The notes: generated by a model not told the origin, from the letters alone. Positions 1-13,294 are shown, counted from the first letter of the stretch. The stretch: 62,830 nucleotides of DNA from Chiloscyllium plagiosum (GCF_004010195.1 NC_057718.1:87230139-87292968); one strand, 5' to 3'. Numbers and translations are program-made.

Positions 1-570
1 GGGAAATCAGTCCTGTTCCAGCAGTTTATGGCAGTAACTCGAAGCTCAACATCATCCAGGAAAAAGCAGACCAGATCCACCACCTTAAACATTCATTGCT
101 TCCACCACATATACACAGTAGCAGCAAAGTATATGATCTACCGGGTGAACAACAGGAAATCACCAAGGCTCTTAGACAGCACCTTCCAAACCCATGACCT
201 GCATCATCTGGAAAGACAAAGGTAGCAGATACATGGGAGCACCAAGCTGTACTCCATTGTGTGTTGGGACTGTGTCACTGTTGCTTCATGCTAGGTGAAA
301 ACTTGCAACCCCCTGCCCAACACCACTGAGTATATACTTGATCTGTATCAGTTTAAGGAAATGGTTCATCACTACCTTCAGAAGGACAAGATTAAAAATC
401 ATACAACACCAGGTTATAGTCCAATAGGTTTATAAACCTGGTGTTGTGTGATTTTTAACTTTGTACACCCCAGTTCAACACTGGCACCTCCAAATTATTA
501 ATAAGGACTATTAGGGATGAGCAATAAGTGCTGCTTCAGCCAGTGACCACCACGTCTCATGATGAATAGA
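1..570 (+). mobile_element. 3' end of a CR1/L2-group LINE, decayed, interrupted by a PLE fragment
   Basis: Same family as 33150-33900 and 60470-60585; tail ...gcaataagtgctg...gccagtgacc...atgatgaata is shared with the SINEs at 42195 and 46360. Confidence 0.6.
392..497 (+). mobile_element. Penelope-like terminal fragment with fold-back inversion
   Basis: Inverted arms 392-418 and 431-458; same family as 51128-51338 but the ribozyme centre is deleted; AAGGAC on both flanks. Confidence 0.65.
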
Positions 571-1083
571 AGTAAACTGAAGTTCCTCATTCCTGGAATC
601 ACTTTTATAAATCATGCCTGTATCGTCTCCAATTCGTTTGCATCTTTCCTTAACTGCAATGGCAAGAATTTTGTATAACACTCCAGTTGAAACCAAACCT
701 CTGTTTGTTAAGGACTCACCCAGCAGCCCCCTTCAGCTTTAAAGAAGAGTCCATTGGTCTCAAAATGTTAATGTTTCCGTCTCCATTGGTCCAGAAGGAC
801 CTCACAAGTTTCTCCTGTAATCTCTATTTTTACCTCAGATTTCTAGCATCCGCTATACTTTGGTTTTATTTCACCATAACTTCCTTTGTTATTTATAAAA
901 TCCAGCATCCTGGATGCTCTACTAGCCACAGTTTCAAATTGCCCTGCTATTTTCAATTGTCTTTCCAAATATATTCCAGTATTTCACTGTTTATACACTC
1001 CCTTGAGATTTCCATTCTTTATTTTGTGTTGTTTTCCTCATTCTCCTGACTAAAATATATCACTTCGGTCTGTAATATAAAAC

Positions 1084-1345
1084 TTAGAACAGTACAGCGC
1101 AAGAACAGGCCCTTCAGCCCACTATTTTCATAGTGACCATGATGCCAATCTGTCTTCACATGGTCCATATCATTCTATTCCCGTGTCTGTCTAAATGCTT
1201 TTTAAATACTGCTACTGCATTTACTTCTACCAGATCCATGGGCAGTGCATTTTGGGCACTTACCACCTTCTGTGTAAAAAGTTTGCCTTGTGCATTACCT
1301 TTAAACTTCCTCCCCTCATCTTAAACCTATGCCCTCTAGTATTTG
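1084..1345 (-). mobile_element. CR1 LINE 3' fragment
   Basis: Reverse complement of a CR1 ORF2 C-terminus and 3' UTR (acaggcccttcagccc motif). Confidence 0.65.
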
Positions 1346-1702
1346 AAAAACAGTTGACAATAAGAGCATAGTATTCATTTCCCAACATTTTTTTGCTTAT
1401 TTAGTTTGTCATTCATTCTTGGGATATGGACAGCACTGGTTTGCCAGGTTTACTACATATCCTGCCTGGCCTGAGTTGTTTGTAGTGGGTGAACTGCAGC
1501 AGTCCTTATGATGATGGTGGTCACTTACAGATATGGGAGTGTTATGATCTCCATAGAGATCATTGACACTTAAACATAAATATAATGCACAGTTATTGAC
1601 TGAAAGAACTATGCCATAAAAAGTCATGTTTTAAGTAAAAAAAACTAACTGTACAATCAAGAATAAATTAAACCAAGCACTGTTAAGACTATACTTTGTA
1701 AT

Positions 1703-2382
1703 TAGAGTCATAGATATGTACAGCATGGAAACAGACCCTTCGGTCCAACCCGCCCATGCTGACCAGATACCCCAACCTAATCTAGTCCCACCTGCCAGCA
1801 CCCGGCCCATATCCCTCCAAACTCTTCCTATTCATATACCCATCCAAATGCCTCTTAAATGTTGCAATTGTACCAGCCTCCACCACATCCTCTGGCAGCT
1901 CATTCCATCCATGTACCACCCTCTGCATAAAAAAGTTGCCCCTTAGGTCTCTTTTATATCTTTCCTCTCACCCTAAACCTATGCCCTCTAGTTCTGGATT
2001 CCCCCACCACAGGGAAAAGACTTTGTCTATTTACCCTATCCATGCCCCTCATAATTTTATGAACCTCTATAAGGTCACCCCTCAGCCTCCGACGCTCCAG
2101 GGAAAACAGACCCAGCCTGTTCAGCCTCTCCCTGTAGCTCAAATCCTCCAACCCTGGCAAAGTCCTTGTAAATCTTTTCTGAACCCTTTCAAGTTTCACA
2201 ACATCTTTCCGATAAGAAGGAGACCAGAATTGCATGCAGTATTCCAACAGTGGCCTAACCAATATCCTGTACAACCACAACATGACCTCCCAACTCCTGT
2301 ACTCAATACTCTGACCAATAAAGGAAAGTATACCAAATGCTTTCTTCACCATCCTATCAACCTGAAACTCCATTTTCAAGGA
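1703..2382 (-). mobile_element. HER1-like CR1 LINE, 5'-truncated
   Basis: ORF 1954-2379(-) LVRPLLEYCMQFWSP...LERVQKRFTR...RLRGDLIEV is the CR1 ORF2 C-terminus; CTATGACT tail. Confidence 0.9.
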
Positions 2383-2582
2383 CCTTTGATTTTAAGAGCC
2401 ACTGTATTTTACTTTGGCCCAAGAGTTCTGCCATAGTTAACTGGATGTTGAGGGTTATTCTCTTTTTAAAACAAAGCAAACCATGCCTCGGCTCTCTGAA
2501 ATTCTCTTTAATTTCCCCTCAGTATTCCAGAGCCTCCCACAAGCAATTTTGCTCCAACACTCCGTCAAATTACATAATTCTG

Positions 2583-2906
2583 GATTAGATTACTTACTTA
2601 CAGTGTGGAAACAGGCCCTTCGGCCCAACAAGTCCACACCGACCCTCCGAAGAGCAACCCACCCGGACCCATTCCCCTACATTTACCCCTTCACCTAATA
2701 CTACGGTCAATTTAGCATGGCCACTTCACCTGACCTGCACATTGTTTTTTTGGACTGTGGGAGGAAACCGGAGCACCCAGAGGAAACCCATGCAGACACA
2801 GGGAGAATATGCAAACTCCACACAGCAGTTGCCTGAAGCGGGAATTGAACCTGGGTCTCTGGCGCTGTGAGGCAGCAGTGTTAACCACTGAGCCACAGTG
2901 CCGCTC
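2583..2906 (-). mobile_element. HE1-like tRNA-derived SINE (V-SINE type), full length
   Basis: Head with A box TGGCTCAGTGG and B box GGTTCAATTCC; V-domain-like core; CR1-like tail (gaagggcctgtttcca) and TAATC end. Confidence 0.85.
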
Positions 2907-3244
2907 ATAGATCTTAAGCTTGGGATCTCACTGCATTCTTATTTGTGACTTTTAAGAATAGAAATGCCTTTTTGGTTTCTGATAGGTCTTGGCGATAGTT
3001 AGACATCTGCTTTTCAGCTCCTTTTTTATTTCAAACATATATTTCACTCATAAAAAAAACCTTTGTATATACATTATCACGAACACAGAACTTCTGTACA
3101 GTTGCATATGAAGGAAACAAACAAACATTAGAGTTTGACACTATCCACAAATACCAAAGACCTCTCTTACACATACAATATGATATTTACATACATTTGA
3201 GGCACGAGGAGGGTCGGATAACTGAACAGACCCCCATTTACAAG

Positions 3245-3588
3245 GTTTTCCATCACCATCAAGCATTGAACATTACACAATCTGAGGCAGAGTTAGAGAA
3301 ACCTGACCCAGGGCTAAAATGCCCCAGGAGGAGCTACAAAAAAAAAGAATCTGCCTAAGTCCTTGAACTCAGGTGGAGGGATATTGTGATTGTAATGAGG
3401 TCAGCCTGGTGGACCTCATAGAATATGAGTTCCTGATAGGACCAGATTAACAGCCTCAATCCAGGAACCCTGGCTGACAGTTAAAAACAGGAGCGTCAAA
3501 CATCCAGTTCACTCAGTATCAAGATCTTTCCACATCTAAGTGAAGGGTGACTTGGTGACAGGGAACTGGCCTCTGTGGAGTTATTTCA
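3245..3588 (+). mobile_element. Gypsy 3' remnant: internal end, polypurine tract and 3' LTR (3382-3588)
   Basis: Collinear with 20545-20886 (tctgaggcagag...PPT...gaggtcagcc...gtggagttatttCA). Confidence 0.75.
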
Positions 3589-3932
3589 AAGCTCCTTTGG
3601 AAATATGTTTAAAACAAACTGTGGGTCCACTTCAAAAATATTGTTGGTGAACAAATGTTGTGCATTGATGCAAACTTCTGGGAGCCTTTAAATGGGTAAA
3701 ATGTTAGATACTTGATAAATATGATCTCACACACAGCTCCAGACTGACACTTGGTGGAAGCAATGAGATACTGCAAAGACACAGAGCCTTTAAAAAGTCC
3801 ACAAGGATCAAACCAATTAAATACATGAATATAAAAGGACCTTTAAGAATTTTATCTAAACAGAGGAGCTGTTATTCCATTTCTCTAAATATTCTCATAA
3901 AAATATGAGCATAGATTTTATTTGCTGCAATA

Positions 3933-4221
3933 TGAACATCGGAATATGAGTAAACCATTCAGCCCGTTGACATTTCCCTGCCATTCAATATAAATGCCTT
4001 TTATACATCCAAGCCCCAAAACCCTGTATATCACTTGTAATCAGTAATCTATATTTTAAACATACCCAAAGGATTGAGCTTCCATAGGTCTCTGTGGTAG
4101 AGAATTCCAAAGGTTCACAATCCTCTGAGGCAAAACATATCTCCTTATCTGAGACCTAAGTGGCACCTGCCTTATTTTTAAGTGTTGACCTGGTTCAAAA
4201 CTCTCTAACCAGGGAAAATAT
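3933..4221 (-). mobile_element. Decayed CR1 3' fragment
   Basis: QRIVNLWNSLPQ motif in ORF 4056-4328(-). Confidence 0.65.
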
Positions 4222-4347
4222 CTTACCTGACCTGCACATCTTTGGACTGTGGGAGAAAACCGGAGCACCCGGAGGAAACCCACGCAGAACCCGGGTCTCC
4301 GGCGCTGTGAGGCAGCAGTGCTAACCACTGTGCCACCGTGCCGCCCA
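4222..4347 (-). mobile_element. HE1-like SINE head with internal deletion
   Basis: gggcggcacggtggcacagtggttagcactgctgcc head; homologous to 2583-2906. Confidence 0.8.
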
Positions 4348-4674
4348 CCATTGTATTAAATGGTGTACAGAAACTGCCGAGTTTGATAAGAAGAGGAGAA
4401 CATCATCTGCATATAACGTCATTTTATGTGCCCTTAATCCCACTGCCGAGCAGCTATGTTAGGGTCCATACAGATAGCCTCTGCCAGCAGCTCAATCACC
4501 AACATAAACAGTAGCGGTGAAAGAGGACAACCTGACCAAGTGCCTGTACCAATACTGACATTACTGGATCTTACACCATTGGTGAGAACTGCAGCGAGAG
4601 GGTCACTACACAGAACCTCCACTTATCTGACAAAGACCTCACCTAGACCAAACCGTTCCAGAGTATAAAAAAGG

Positions 4675-4753
4675 CTCATGCCCAAAACGTCAACTCTCCT
4701 GCTCCTTGGATGCTGCCTGACTTGCTGCGCTTTTCCAGCAACACATTTTCAGC
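4675..4753 (+). mobile_element. PLE terminal fragment inserted into L1 RT
   Basis: Matches the PLE terminal repeat; 11-bp TSD TATAAAAAAGG at 4664-4674 and 4754-4764. Confidence 0.75.
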
Positions 4754-6349
4754 TATAAAAAAGGTATGACTACTCCACCTGATCGAATACTTTCTCTGCA
4801 TCTAAAGAGATGACCAAACCCTGAACCAATCATTGCTGACACACTTGGACCATATTCAGTAATCTTCTAATATTATTAGAGGACCTACTGCCCTTTATAA
4901 AACCTGTCTGGTCCTCCTTAACAATATAGGGCAACACTTTCTCCAATCGCAACGCAAGTGTCTTGGATAAAATTTTAAAATCCGAATTTAACAGCATTGG
5001 CCCTGACAGGATATTTATAAAGTCTTCACTCGGGAGACCATCAGGGCCAGGCACCTTCGCACCTTACAGCTGTATTACTGCCTCCTGTATCTCCTGCACT
5101 GTCAAGGGGCGTTAAGAAGAGACGCCTGTTCCAAGGTCAAGCCTGGAAGATCCAGGTTCTTGAAAAAAAGACTTCACCTCAGCCTACCTACCCTCGCAGC
5201 ATTTTGACCAATATAGCTCAGAGTAAAAACTCCAAAATGCTGCATTGAACCTTTTAGAGTCACACATAAGAATCCTAGTGCCTTCTCTAATTGATGTAAT
5301 GGATTGGAGGGTGGTCCTTTTCCTGGCCAGGTGTGCCTGGCCTATCACCATGCTCAAATAGCCTTTGTTTCGCAAAAGAGAGTTCTCTCTTTGCTGCCTC
5401 AGTGAGCTTGGAATTCAAAGCAACCCAGAGAGCTGTGACTCGCTGTGATTAGTCACTAGTGGCCAATGAAAATATGCTGTCTCAGCTGCCTTCAACTGTA
5501 CCTCGAGCTGCTCTCCCTCCTGCCACTTCTGGCTAGCTAAATAAGAGATTATTATCCCCCTCCCATAGGCCTTAGCAGTCTCTCAGAACATAGACAGGTT
5601 ACTAGCCATACCCGAATTGAAAGCCAAGAAAGCTTTAAACTCATTCAAGAAGTACTCAACAAACTTACTGTCCTTGAGAATGAAAGGATCCATTCGCCAA
5701 TGCTGGAAATCTGTTCCGTTGCCCTTAATCTCAACCTCCAAACACACTGCCGCATGTTTGGAGTGATCAGAATGGCTCTGTTTCCAATTTTACAGGACAC
5801 CACCAAATCCAGAAATGGCTATGTTTCCAATTTTACAGGACACCACCAAATCCAGAAAAACCAATGGTGCTAGAAAAAGGTCAATCCTGGTGTGACACTT
5901 GTGTGGATTAGAGAAAAAGGTCAAGTCCCTACCTGTAGGGTGGAGACATCTCCAAACGTCCACCAGCCCTAATTTCACACATAAGTCAACCAATTGCTTA
6001 GATTGCGGAAGGGTATTTAGGGGACCTTTGGGAATTCTATCCACTGTGGGTCCATGAGGCAATTAAAATCCCTGCCATGATAGTGTGTTGTGTTCCAAGG
6101 ACAATCAACTTGGAAAGTGTGTCACTCAGGAGTCTGAGGGGGTATGCCGGGGGACAATAGACATTTAGGATGCCATACTCTTCACCATGTATTAAAACTT
6201 TAAGAATTACAAACCCCCATATTCATCTTTACCTTGATCTAATAACTTAAATGGGAGACTCCTTGGACAAGTATGGCGTCTCTCCTGCTGTTAGTGTTAA
6301 AGGATGAAAGAAACAACCAATCAAAACCACCCTGCTGTAACTTTAGATG

Positions 6350-7764
6350 TTATATGTACCAATGCAGAGTGAAAATCTTTGTCTTGCGAACAATACAGGC
6401 AGATCACAGAGTTAAGTAGAATAGACAGTAAATAATAGGTTAACAGTGGCAACAACACAGGTAACAGGCGAATGTTAAAGTTTGTGAGTCCATTCAGTAT
6501 TCTAACAACAGTAGGGTAGAAACTGGGACAAAACCGGCTGGTGCATGTGTTCAGGCTTCTGTACTTTCTCCCGGATGGTAGAGGTTGTAGAAAAGCATTG
6601 CCAGGGTGGGATGGATCTTTGAGAATGCTGGCAGCGGGCCTGGTAGATGGATTCTATAGATGGGAGGTTGGCCTTTGTGATTATCTGGGCTGAATTCACC
6701 ACTCTCTGTAACTGTCTCCAATCTTGAATGGTACAGTAGCCATACCAGGTAGTGATACATCCAGACAGAATGCTCTCGATGGCGCACCTATAAAGGTTTG
6801 CAAGGGTATTCACCGTCATGCCAAATTTCCTCAGCTGCCTGAGGAAAAAGAGACATTGTTGGGCTTTTGTAACCAGTGCATCCACGTGAAGAGTCGAAGA
6901 AAGTTTGTTGTTGATGACCACTCCCAGGAGCTTGACACTCTCCACTCGTTCCACTTCTGTGCTGTTAATGTGTAGTGGGGCATGAGTAACATCCCACCAA
7001 AAGTCAATAATAAGTTCCTTGGTTTTGCTGGCAGTGAGAGTTAGGTTGTTCTCAGTGCACCATTTTTCCAGGACTTCCACCTCCGTACGTAGTCTGTTTC
7101 ATTGCCATCTGAGATTCAACCGACTATGGTAGTGTCATCAGCGAACTTGTAAATGGCATTAGTCTGGTATTTGGCGACACAGTCATGGATATACAGTGAG
7201 TACAGTAGGGGGCCAAGTACACACCCCTGGGGGTCTCCAGTGTGGAGTGTTAGTGAGGATGAAATATTGTCCCCAGTTTTCACTGATTGTGGCCTGTGGG
7301 TCAGGAAACGAAGGATCCAGTTGCAGAGAGTGGGGCTTAGTCCAAAATCATTAAGTTTAGTAATCAGTCTCAAGGGGATAATAGTGTTGAAGACTGAACT
7401 GTAGTCAATGGGTAGGATTCTTACGTAGCTATTTTTGGTGTCAAGATGTTCTAGGGAGGAGTGAAGGGCAAGTGATATGGCATCTGACGTGGATCTGTTG
7501 GTCCAATTAGCAAATTGGAGTGGGTCAAGAGTAGTGGAGAGGCTGGAGTTGATTTATGCCATGATCAGCCTTTCAAAGCACTCCATGACAACCGAAATTA
7601 GGGCCATTGGGCGGTAGTCATTGAGACATGCTGCATGAGCCTTCTTAGGCACAGGGATGATGTTGGCCGTCTTGAAACAGGCTGAGACAGTGGCCTGCTA
7701 TAGGGAGAGGTTGAAGATGTCCGACTAGACCTCTGCCAGTTGATTTGCGCATGCTCTGAGTGCA
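6350..7764 (-). mobile_element. Rex1/Babar LINE, RT to 3' end, nested in L1 endonuclease region
   Basis: [86 protein letters not shown]. Confidence 0.88.
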
Positions 7765-9487
7765 TGGGTTTCTTGCAACAGGACAATATCAACCCTGTCC
7801 TTCCTGAGACTCGAAAGTACTTTTTTTCTCTTGACCATCGAGTGACTCCCCTTAATATTCCAGGTGCAGCATTTGAGGAGACACTTAGCCATATCCCTCT
7901 ATAATAACCCCCGAGAGAAAGAACCCTACTCACAACATGCTGAATGTAAATAACTGAAGACTCATGGAATCTAAAAAATACACACACTAAAACTACATTA
8001 AAAAAACTTTTAAAAACACCACTACTAAAAACCAACAAACTAAACCAATTACAACATGCAGAAAATACTTGATGGGAGACTCTCCCTCCTGTCCACAGGG
8101 AGCACTTACATTACCCGCATACACCTTCATAACTCCGAGCTTGAGCTGCACCCCAAACTCAGGTGAAGGATAAAGAACAAAAATAGGTATTGTGGACAAA
8201 GAAATTAAAAGTGGGCACTTCACCCATCCCCAACCCTACATCAACCTCAATTATCCCTGTACATAAAAACCAACAACACTTTCTATAATAAAATAATTAA
8301 GAAAAAGGAGAAGTACATGAGGTAGAGAAAAAAAAAAGGGGAAAGAAAAAAGAACCAAAATTGTCCATGATCTTTGGACAATCCGGATTATTTCAAAATG
8401 TCCAAAAATGTCTTTGCTTTCTCTGAGGAGTCAAATACATGCACTGACCCTTGTGCCTGATGGAATATTGAATGTCCAGGACCCTCAGTCCCTTCTTCAC
8501 CTCATCGAAGGATTTCCTCTTGTGGATCATGGCCACAGAAAATCCTGAAAAAACATAATTTTTGATCCATCATAAATCAGAGCCTGTGGATTCTTTCCCA
8601 GTGATCTGGAGGCTTCCATTACCTTTTGTTTGTCCCTATAACACTGGAATCGCATTAGGACTGGATGGGGGCGCTGATCCGAACTGGGTCTGCACACCGC
8701 CACCCAATGAGCTCTCTCAATCCGCACCCAGCCTGTCTCAGCCTTCCAGCCAAGAAATCGCAGCAGCCGTTCTTCAAGAAAACTGGCTATCTGCTCACCT
8801 TCCTCTCGCTCTGGCAGCCCGACCACCCGGATGGTTTTTCTTGGACCTCGATTCTCAAGGTCATCAACCTGTTCCACTAAGGCCCGAACCAGCTTCTCCA
8901 GGGCGTGGACACGTCCCGCCGAGGACTCGGTCGCGGTCTCTGACGTCACGGTCTGCTGCTCGACCTCCTCCACTCGCTTCCCAAGACTCTGCAGCATGGC
9001 CAAGATTGGATGCAGCCTGGTGCGGTTCTCTTCCATCGATGCTTCCATCTTCTCCCAAAGCTTCACAAACTCCACAGCCAGGCCTTGTTGATAAGTGAGT
9101 CCATTGGGATTTCAGGGGAGGCCTCAAGTGCTGCCGCTGGAAAGTCTGAGGCTGCAGGGGAGTGTCCTGGCTGTTGAAATTAATTCCGTCCTTTGCCTCT
9201 AGTCATCTTCCCTTACTAAGAATAAAGGGATGTAGCAGCTCTACTAATATTAAACTATCGATTTTCTTCAAAATAGCTAAGTTGGGGAGAGTAAAAGCAC
9301 CACTTTGCCCGTGTTATGGTGCAGACCTCAGCAAGACAGACCTGTTAGGTCGCCGCCATCTTGGATTTCTCCCTAAAATACTTTCTAACCATGAAGTACC
9401 TTTGAAGAGTGGTGACTGTTACAGCATCTCATCCAAAGGACAATACCTTAATATTGCACTGAAGAGTTACCTAGATTTCATGCACAT

Positions 9488-9697
9488 TCTGGATCAGTGG
9501 TGCTGGAAGAGCACAGCAATTCAGGCAGCATCCGAGGACAGGCAAAATCGACGTTTCGGGCAAAAGCCCTGATGAAGGGCTTTTGCCCGAAACGTCGATT
9601 TTGCCTGTCCTCGGATGCTGCCTGAATTGCTGTGCTCTTCCAGCACCACTGATCCAGAATCTGGTTTCCAGCAACTGCAGTCATTGTTTTTACCTCG
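9488..9697 (+). mobile_element. Palindromic PLE-derived mini-insertion
   Basis: Perfect 85-bp inverted repeat (9486-9570 / 9576-9660); perfect 16-bp TSD TAGATTTCATGCACAT at 9472-9487 and 9698-9713. Confidence 0.85.
9569..9596 (+). ncRNA. Minimal type I hammerhead ribozyme core
   Basis: CTGATGA-A-GGGC tttt GCCC-GAAA-CGTC; intact core, palindromic ACGT in place of helix III; helix I not evident. Confidence 0.65.
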
Positions 9698-10354
9698 TAG
9701 ATTTCATGCACATGCTATTGGTGTGAACTCAAGGCTTTCTGACTCAGATGTGAGAGTCAAGGTTAATGAAAAAGTCCCAAGAGGTCAATTTTCAGGAGAC
9801 CTTTGAAGTTGGGGAAATTGTGAGCAGGATCAGGGCAAAGCTAGGTGAAATGTTTTTTGCCAATGATATTACTAAGGAAAATGTGAATGTACAAGTGACG
9901 CAGGATTGAAACCTCAAGCTACAGTGTGATGCTGAAGAACATCAGGGAGATTAAATCAAGATAGAAATATACAAAACCTGACTGTCTGAAACTGCAACCA
10001 TTTCTGGAGTGAGTTTCTGGACACGGCAGTATATGTTGAACGCATCTACCCAAACATAAATTTAGGGGAAAGTGCTTTTAATGACAATTAAATTCAAGGA
10101 TAGCATTACTTCTGGAGTACATTGTCACTCAAGAGCTTGGGATAAGGATATGTTCTAGGATAGGAGGCATGCCTTGGCTTACTACAGTTGATCTCAGAGA
10201 AAGGGTTGCATTGGGCAAGTGGAAGATTCAAAATAAATTTAAATTTGAAACTATGTGCAACTCGCACAAGCTGCAATGCCAAGCTTGGTCTGTTTTATTC
10301 TGTTGGTGGTTTTCTTCTGTTGGTACTCATACAAATGTTAGCTCTGGAATTGAA

Positions 10355-10480
10355 TTGGAGATGCTGGTGTTGGACTAGGGTGTTTGGAGATGACAGTGTT
10401 GGACTTGGGTGCTCCGAAAGCTAGTGTGCTTCCAATTAAACCTGTTAGACTATAACCTCGTGTTGTGTGATTTTTAACTT
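10355..10480. mobile_element. Rearranged PLE terminal fragment
   Basis: Twice-repeated inverted end (ttggagatg..gtgttggact.gggtg) joined to ctccgaaagctagtg...gatttttaactt; same family as 51128-51338. Confidence 0.65.
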
Positions 10481-13294
10481 AGTTCTGGATTAGTTTTTGT
10501 CATTAATTAACAGTGTTTTACTGATCTCCTTGAGAGTTTTGGTATTAGAGTCAACATAGAAATGCAAAAAAAAATGCAAGTCATTTAACCCCTTAAACCC
10601 CTTCCTCCACTCAGTTAGGTTATGGCTCATCTACACCCCAAGTCCATTAACCTCTTTAGATCCGTAGCCTTTGATGCCCTTACCTAATAAAAAATATATG
10701 AATCTTAGACTTGGGACCTTCAAATGGCCTATTCACAATAACTTTTTTCATGGAGACAGTTCTAGATTTCAATTATTCTCTCATGAAGAAATGCTTCTTA
10801 ATTTTACGTGACCTTGCTCTAATTTTAAGATTGTGGATTCTTCAGTATGGTCTCTTTGGGTGGAATCATATAGGAGTCTGAATGATGTGGGCTGGTGAGA
10901 TTGTGACAGAATCTGACAAGAAGTCCATCAAGGCCTATCTCGACGTCAGGAGCATCTCACTCCAACTTTTATGCTTTTCACAAGATGCGTCCTGAGTTTC
11001 TAACTTGGCAGCAGTGAGTTGTCACTTAAGGGGGATTATTACATCTTAAGTGTCTTAGTAATGGTCCAACCATTCAGCTTTTAATTAATATTCAAGTTTC
11101 TATCTAGCCAAACAAACTTTCGAGCCAAATAAGAAAACCTGAGGTGGAGACCAGAGCAGGTACCTGGCAGATTTTGCTGACATCTTATTTCAATTGACTT
11201 TCATGTTGTGTTTAAGCAAACTGCAGTTCAGGGCACTGTTCATGGATACCAGCTGCTTGTACCCATTGTCCATGGACATTGGCATCTGACATCTGCCAAC
11301 CCATCAAAATCATCAGTGCACTTCTCTGATTCACCAGCAGGGTGCTCTGCAAGCACAGACTTGCATTGCAGTTCATACTGGCAACTAGAATTGAAGGTTA
11401 CAGAAGAGACATTTTGCAGTCATGGACAGGTATCCAGCTCATAGATTGGACCTGGTTGCATCTCAGTGCTGCTCACTTGCTGTCTTAATGCTCACTCACT
11501 TAGAGTCTACCTGCAGGCTCACAGTATCTATGCCAAGCCTTGCCATGTCAAGTAGTGCAGTGACACCTTGATTTTCTGCTCAGCATCCTCAGTCAAGGGA
11601 GCAGAGGTCTTGCTGTCTGACAGTGTGCTCCATCAATCTCATACCTGCGCCATATGCTACCAGTTCACAAGGCAAACACACTGCATGTGCAGCGAGCAGG
11701 CAGCTGTGTCTCAAAGTCTTAGAGGATTAGTTCATGGAGGTAGCCATTAGTCAGGGGATCCCTGACTAATGTACGTCTCTGATACCATTGCAAGGGATTG
11801 GCCATGGTCAGGTGCCTGGTCAGGATGTTCTCAGTCAGGGGGTCTATCCTCCACAGTCAAGGGAATGGTTCACAGTCAAGATCTGTGGCTCCACAGCATC
11901 CATTTCAGGGTTTAGTACATCACATCCAACATTGTCTGGTCAGGTTACATCAGGGGTCGGGCCACAGTCCTTTGCATCTGGCCACAGAAATAAAAGGGGA
12001 AAAGGTGGGGGGTGGGAGAACTGCAACGGGAAGGAGACACGACAAGTTATTCTTCAAGATGGGCTAAGACTGCGGGAAAGATGGGGGAATGGGGTTGACA
12101 ATTGTGTGGGTGGGGGGGAACAATAGTACCTGTTAGGTAAGGAATCATATAGGAGAGGGTTTAGTACACAGTCAGGAGCACCTCTAGCTTCAAGGGAAGG
12201 GCAGTGAATGGCCATGCCAAGCACAGGTAGCAGATGGCAAGGGCTAAGCAGAAAAGTGGGCAGGTGGAGGCACACGTAGATAGGTTGGCTAGGTACCTGG
12301 GGGATGTAAAGCCTATTGGAAGGGCTTCCAAAAAGGAGATTGAGATGTTCGGGGACTCACAACACATTTCTGGAGGAGGCTGAAAGCCAGTGGCCAAGGA
12401 ATGCTCATTACTGCCTTCCATCAGGCTGGAAATCAAAAGTGTGCAATGGTGAGGAAAATAGGTGTGACTGCACGCAGAATGAGCAGGTTAAGTGACTCAA
12501 TCTGTGAGGAAGGAGTCTACAGGAACCACAATGAGAGGCCTTATAAAGGGAAGGAACATTGTACATGGCCCATGTACATGGCAAAATACTATTCCCTATC
12601 CCTTGGCCATCCTAATGCATTTCCCCACTCTATGTGCTCCTTCTCCCTACCACAAATGTTGCTGAGCATCTAAACATTTCAACAGAGAGGCTGTGAGAAA
12701 AATAAGAACATTATATGAGAAAAGCCAAAGGTGTCAGTGCAAACCAATACCATATTTATGCATTATCCCTCTTGCTTCTCTCACCACATAACTCTATCCA
12801 TGGAATTTTGCCTATGGCTCTGAAGTAAGGTTTGATGCTATTCAGGCCTAAACAGACCAAGACTAATAACCAGTTGTCAGGTTAAAGCACTGAAATTTAT
12901 GCAAAAGTTCTGATGTATTTGCAAGCCATTTTCACTTGTGCACCAAAGTGTTTGTTGGTTGACCCTTGCCTTGGAGATTCAGTCATGCAAATCTTGACAG
13001 TGCTTGTGTCTGGACAGCTATTGCTAGAGGCAGTGAGCACACCTCAGGGTGAACTTTCATGGGTGGGAAGTGGGTGACAGGCAAGGAGGATGGCCTGGCC
13101 ATCTCTCAAGAGGCCTGACAGGAGACTTATGAGAGGTTGTATGTGTATGTGGTTCCTCCTGTGGCTGGGTGTCCCCATCTCTTGTGGGGAAGGGGCACTG
13201 CAGTGAGTTTCTGTGGGAGTTACAGTGGAATAAGGAGTGATTGGACATGGATGTTTCTTCATCCCTACAAGAACATTTACGGTCTTCTCATGCA

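Larger units (their letters stand above)
4348..9373 (-). mobile_element. L1-clade LINE: 5' UTR, ORF1 ~8388-9206, ORF2 endonuclease and RT; frameshifted, 3'-truncated, split by a Rex element
   Basis: ORF1 VDDLENRGPRKTIRVVGLPE; EN WNIKG...LLQETH, DVWRCLHP..FFS.PH...RIDLFL; RT PGPDGLP, LNSDFKILSKTLALRL, GCPLSPLLF, YADD near 4400-4420. Confidence 0.88.

Noticed and set aside
2840..2906. Functional tRNA genes in SINE heads (also 4300-4347, 35700-35770, 46630-46720)
   Set aside because: Continue into SINE body and LINE-derived tail; no complete cloverleaf.
5771..5856. 43-bp tandem duplication in L1 endonuclease region
   Set aside because: Ordinary local duplication in a dead element.
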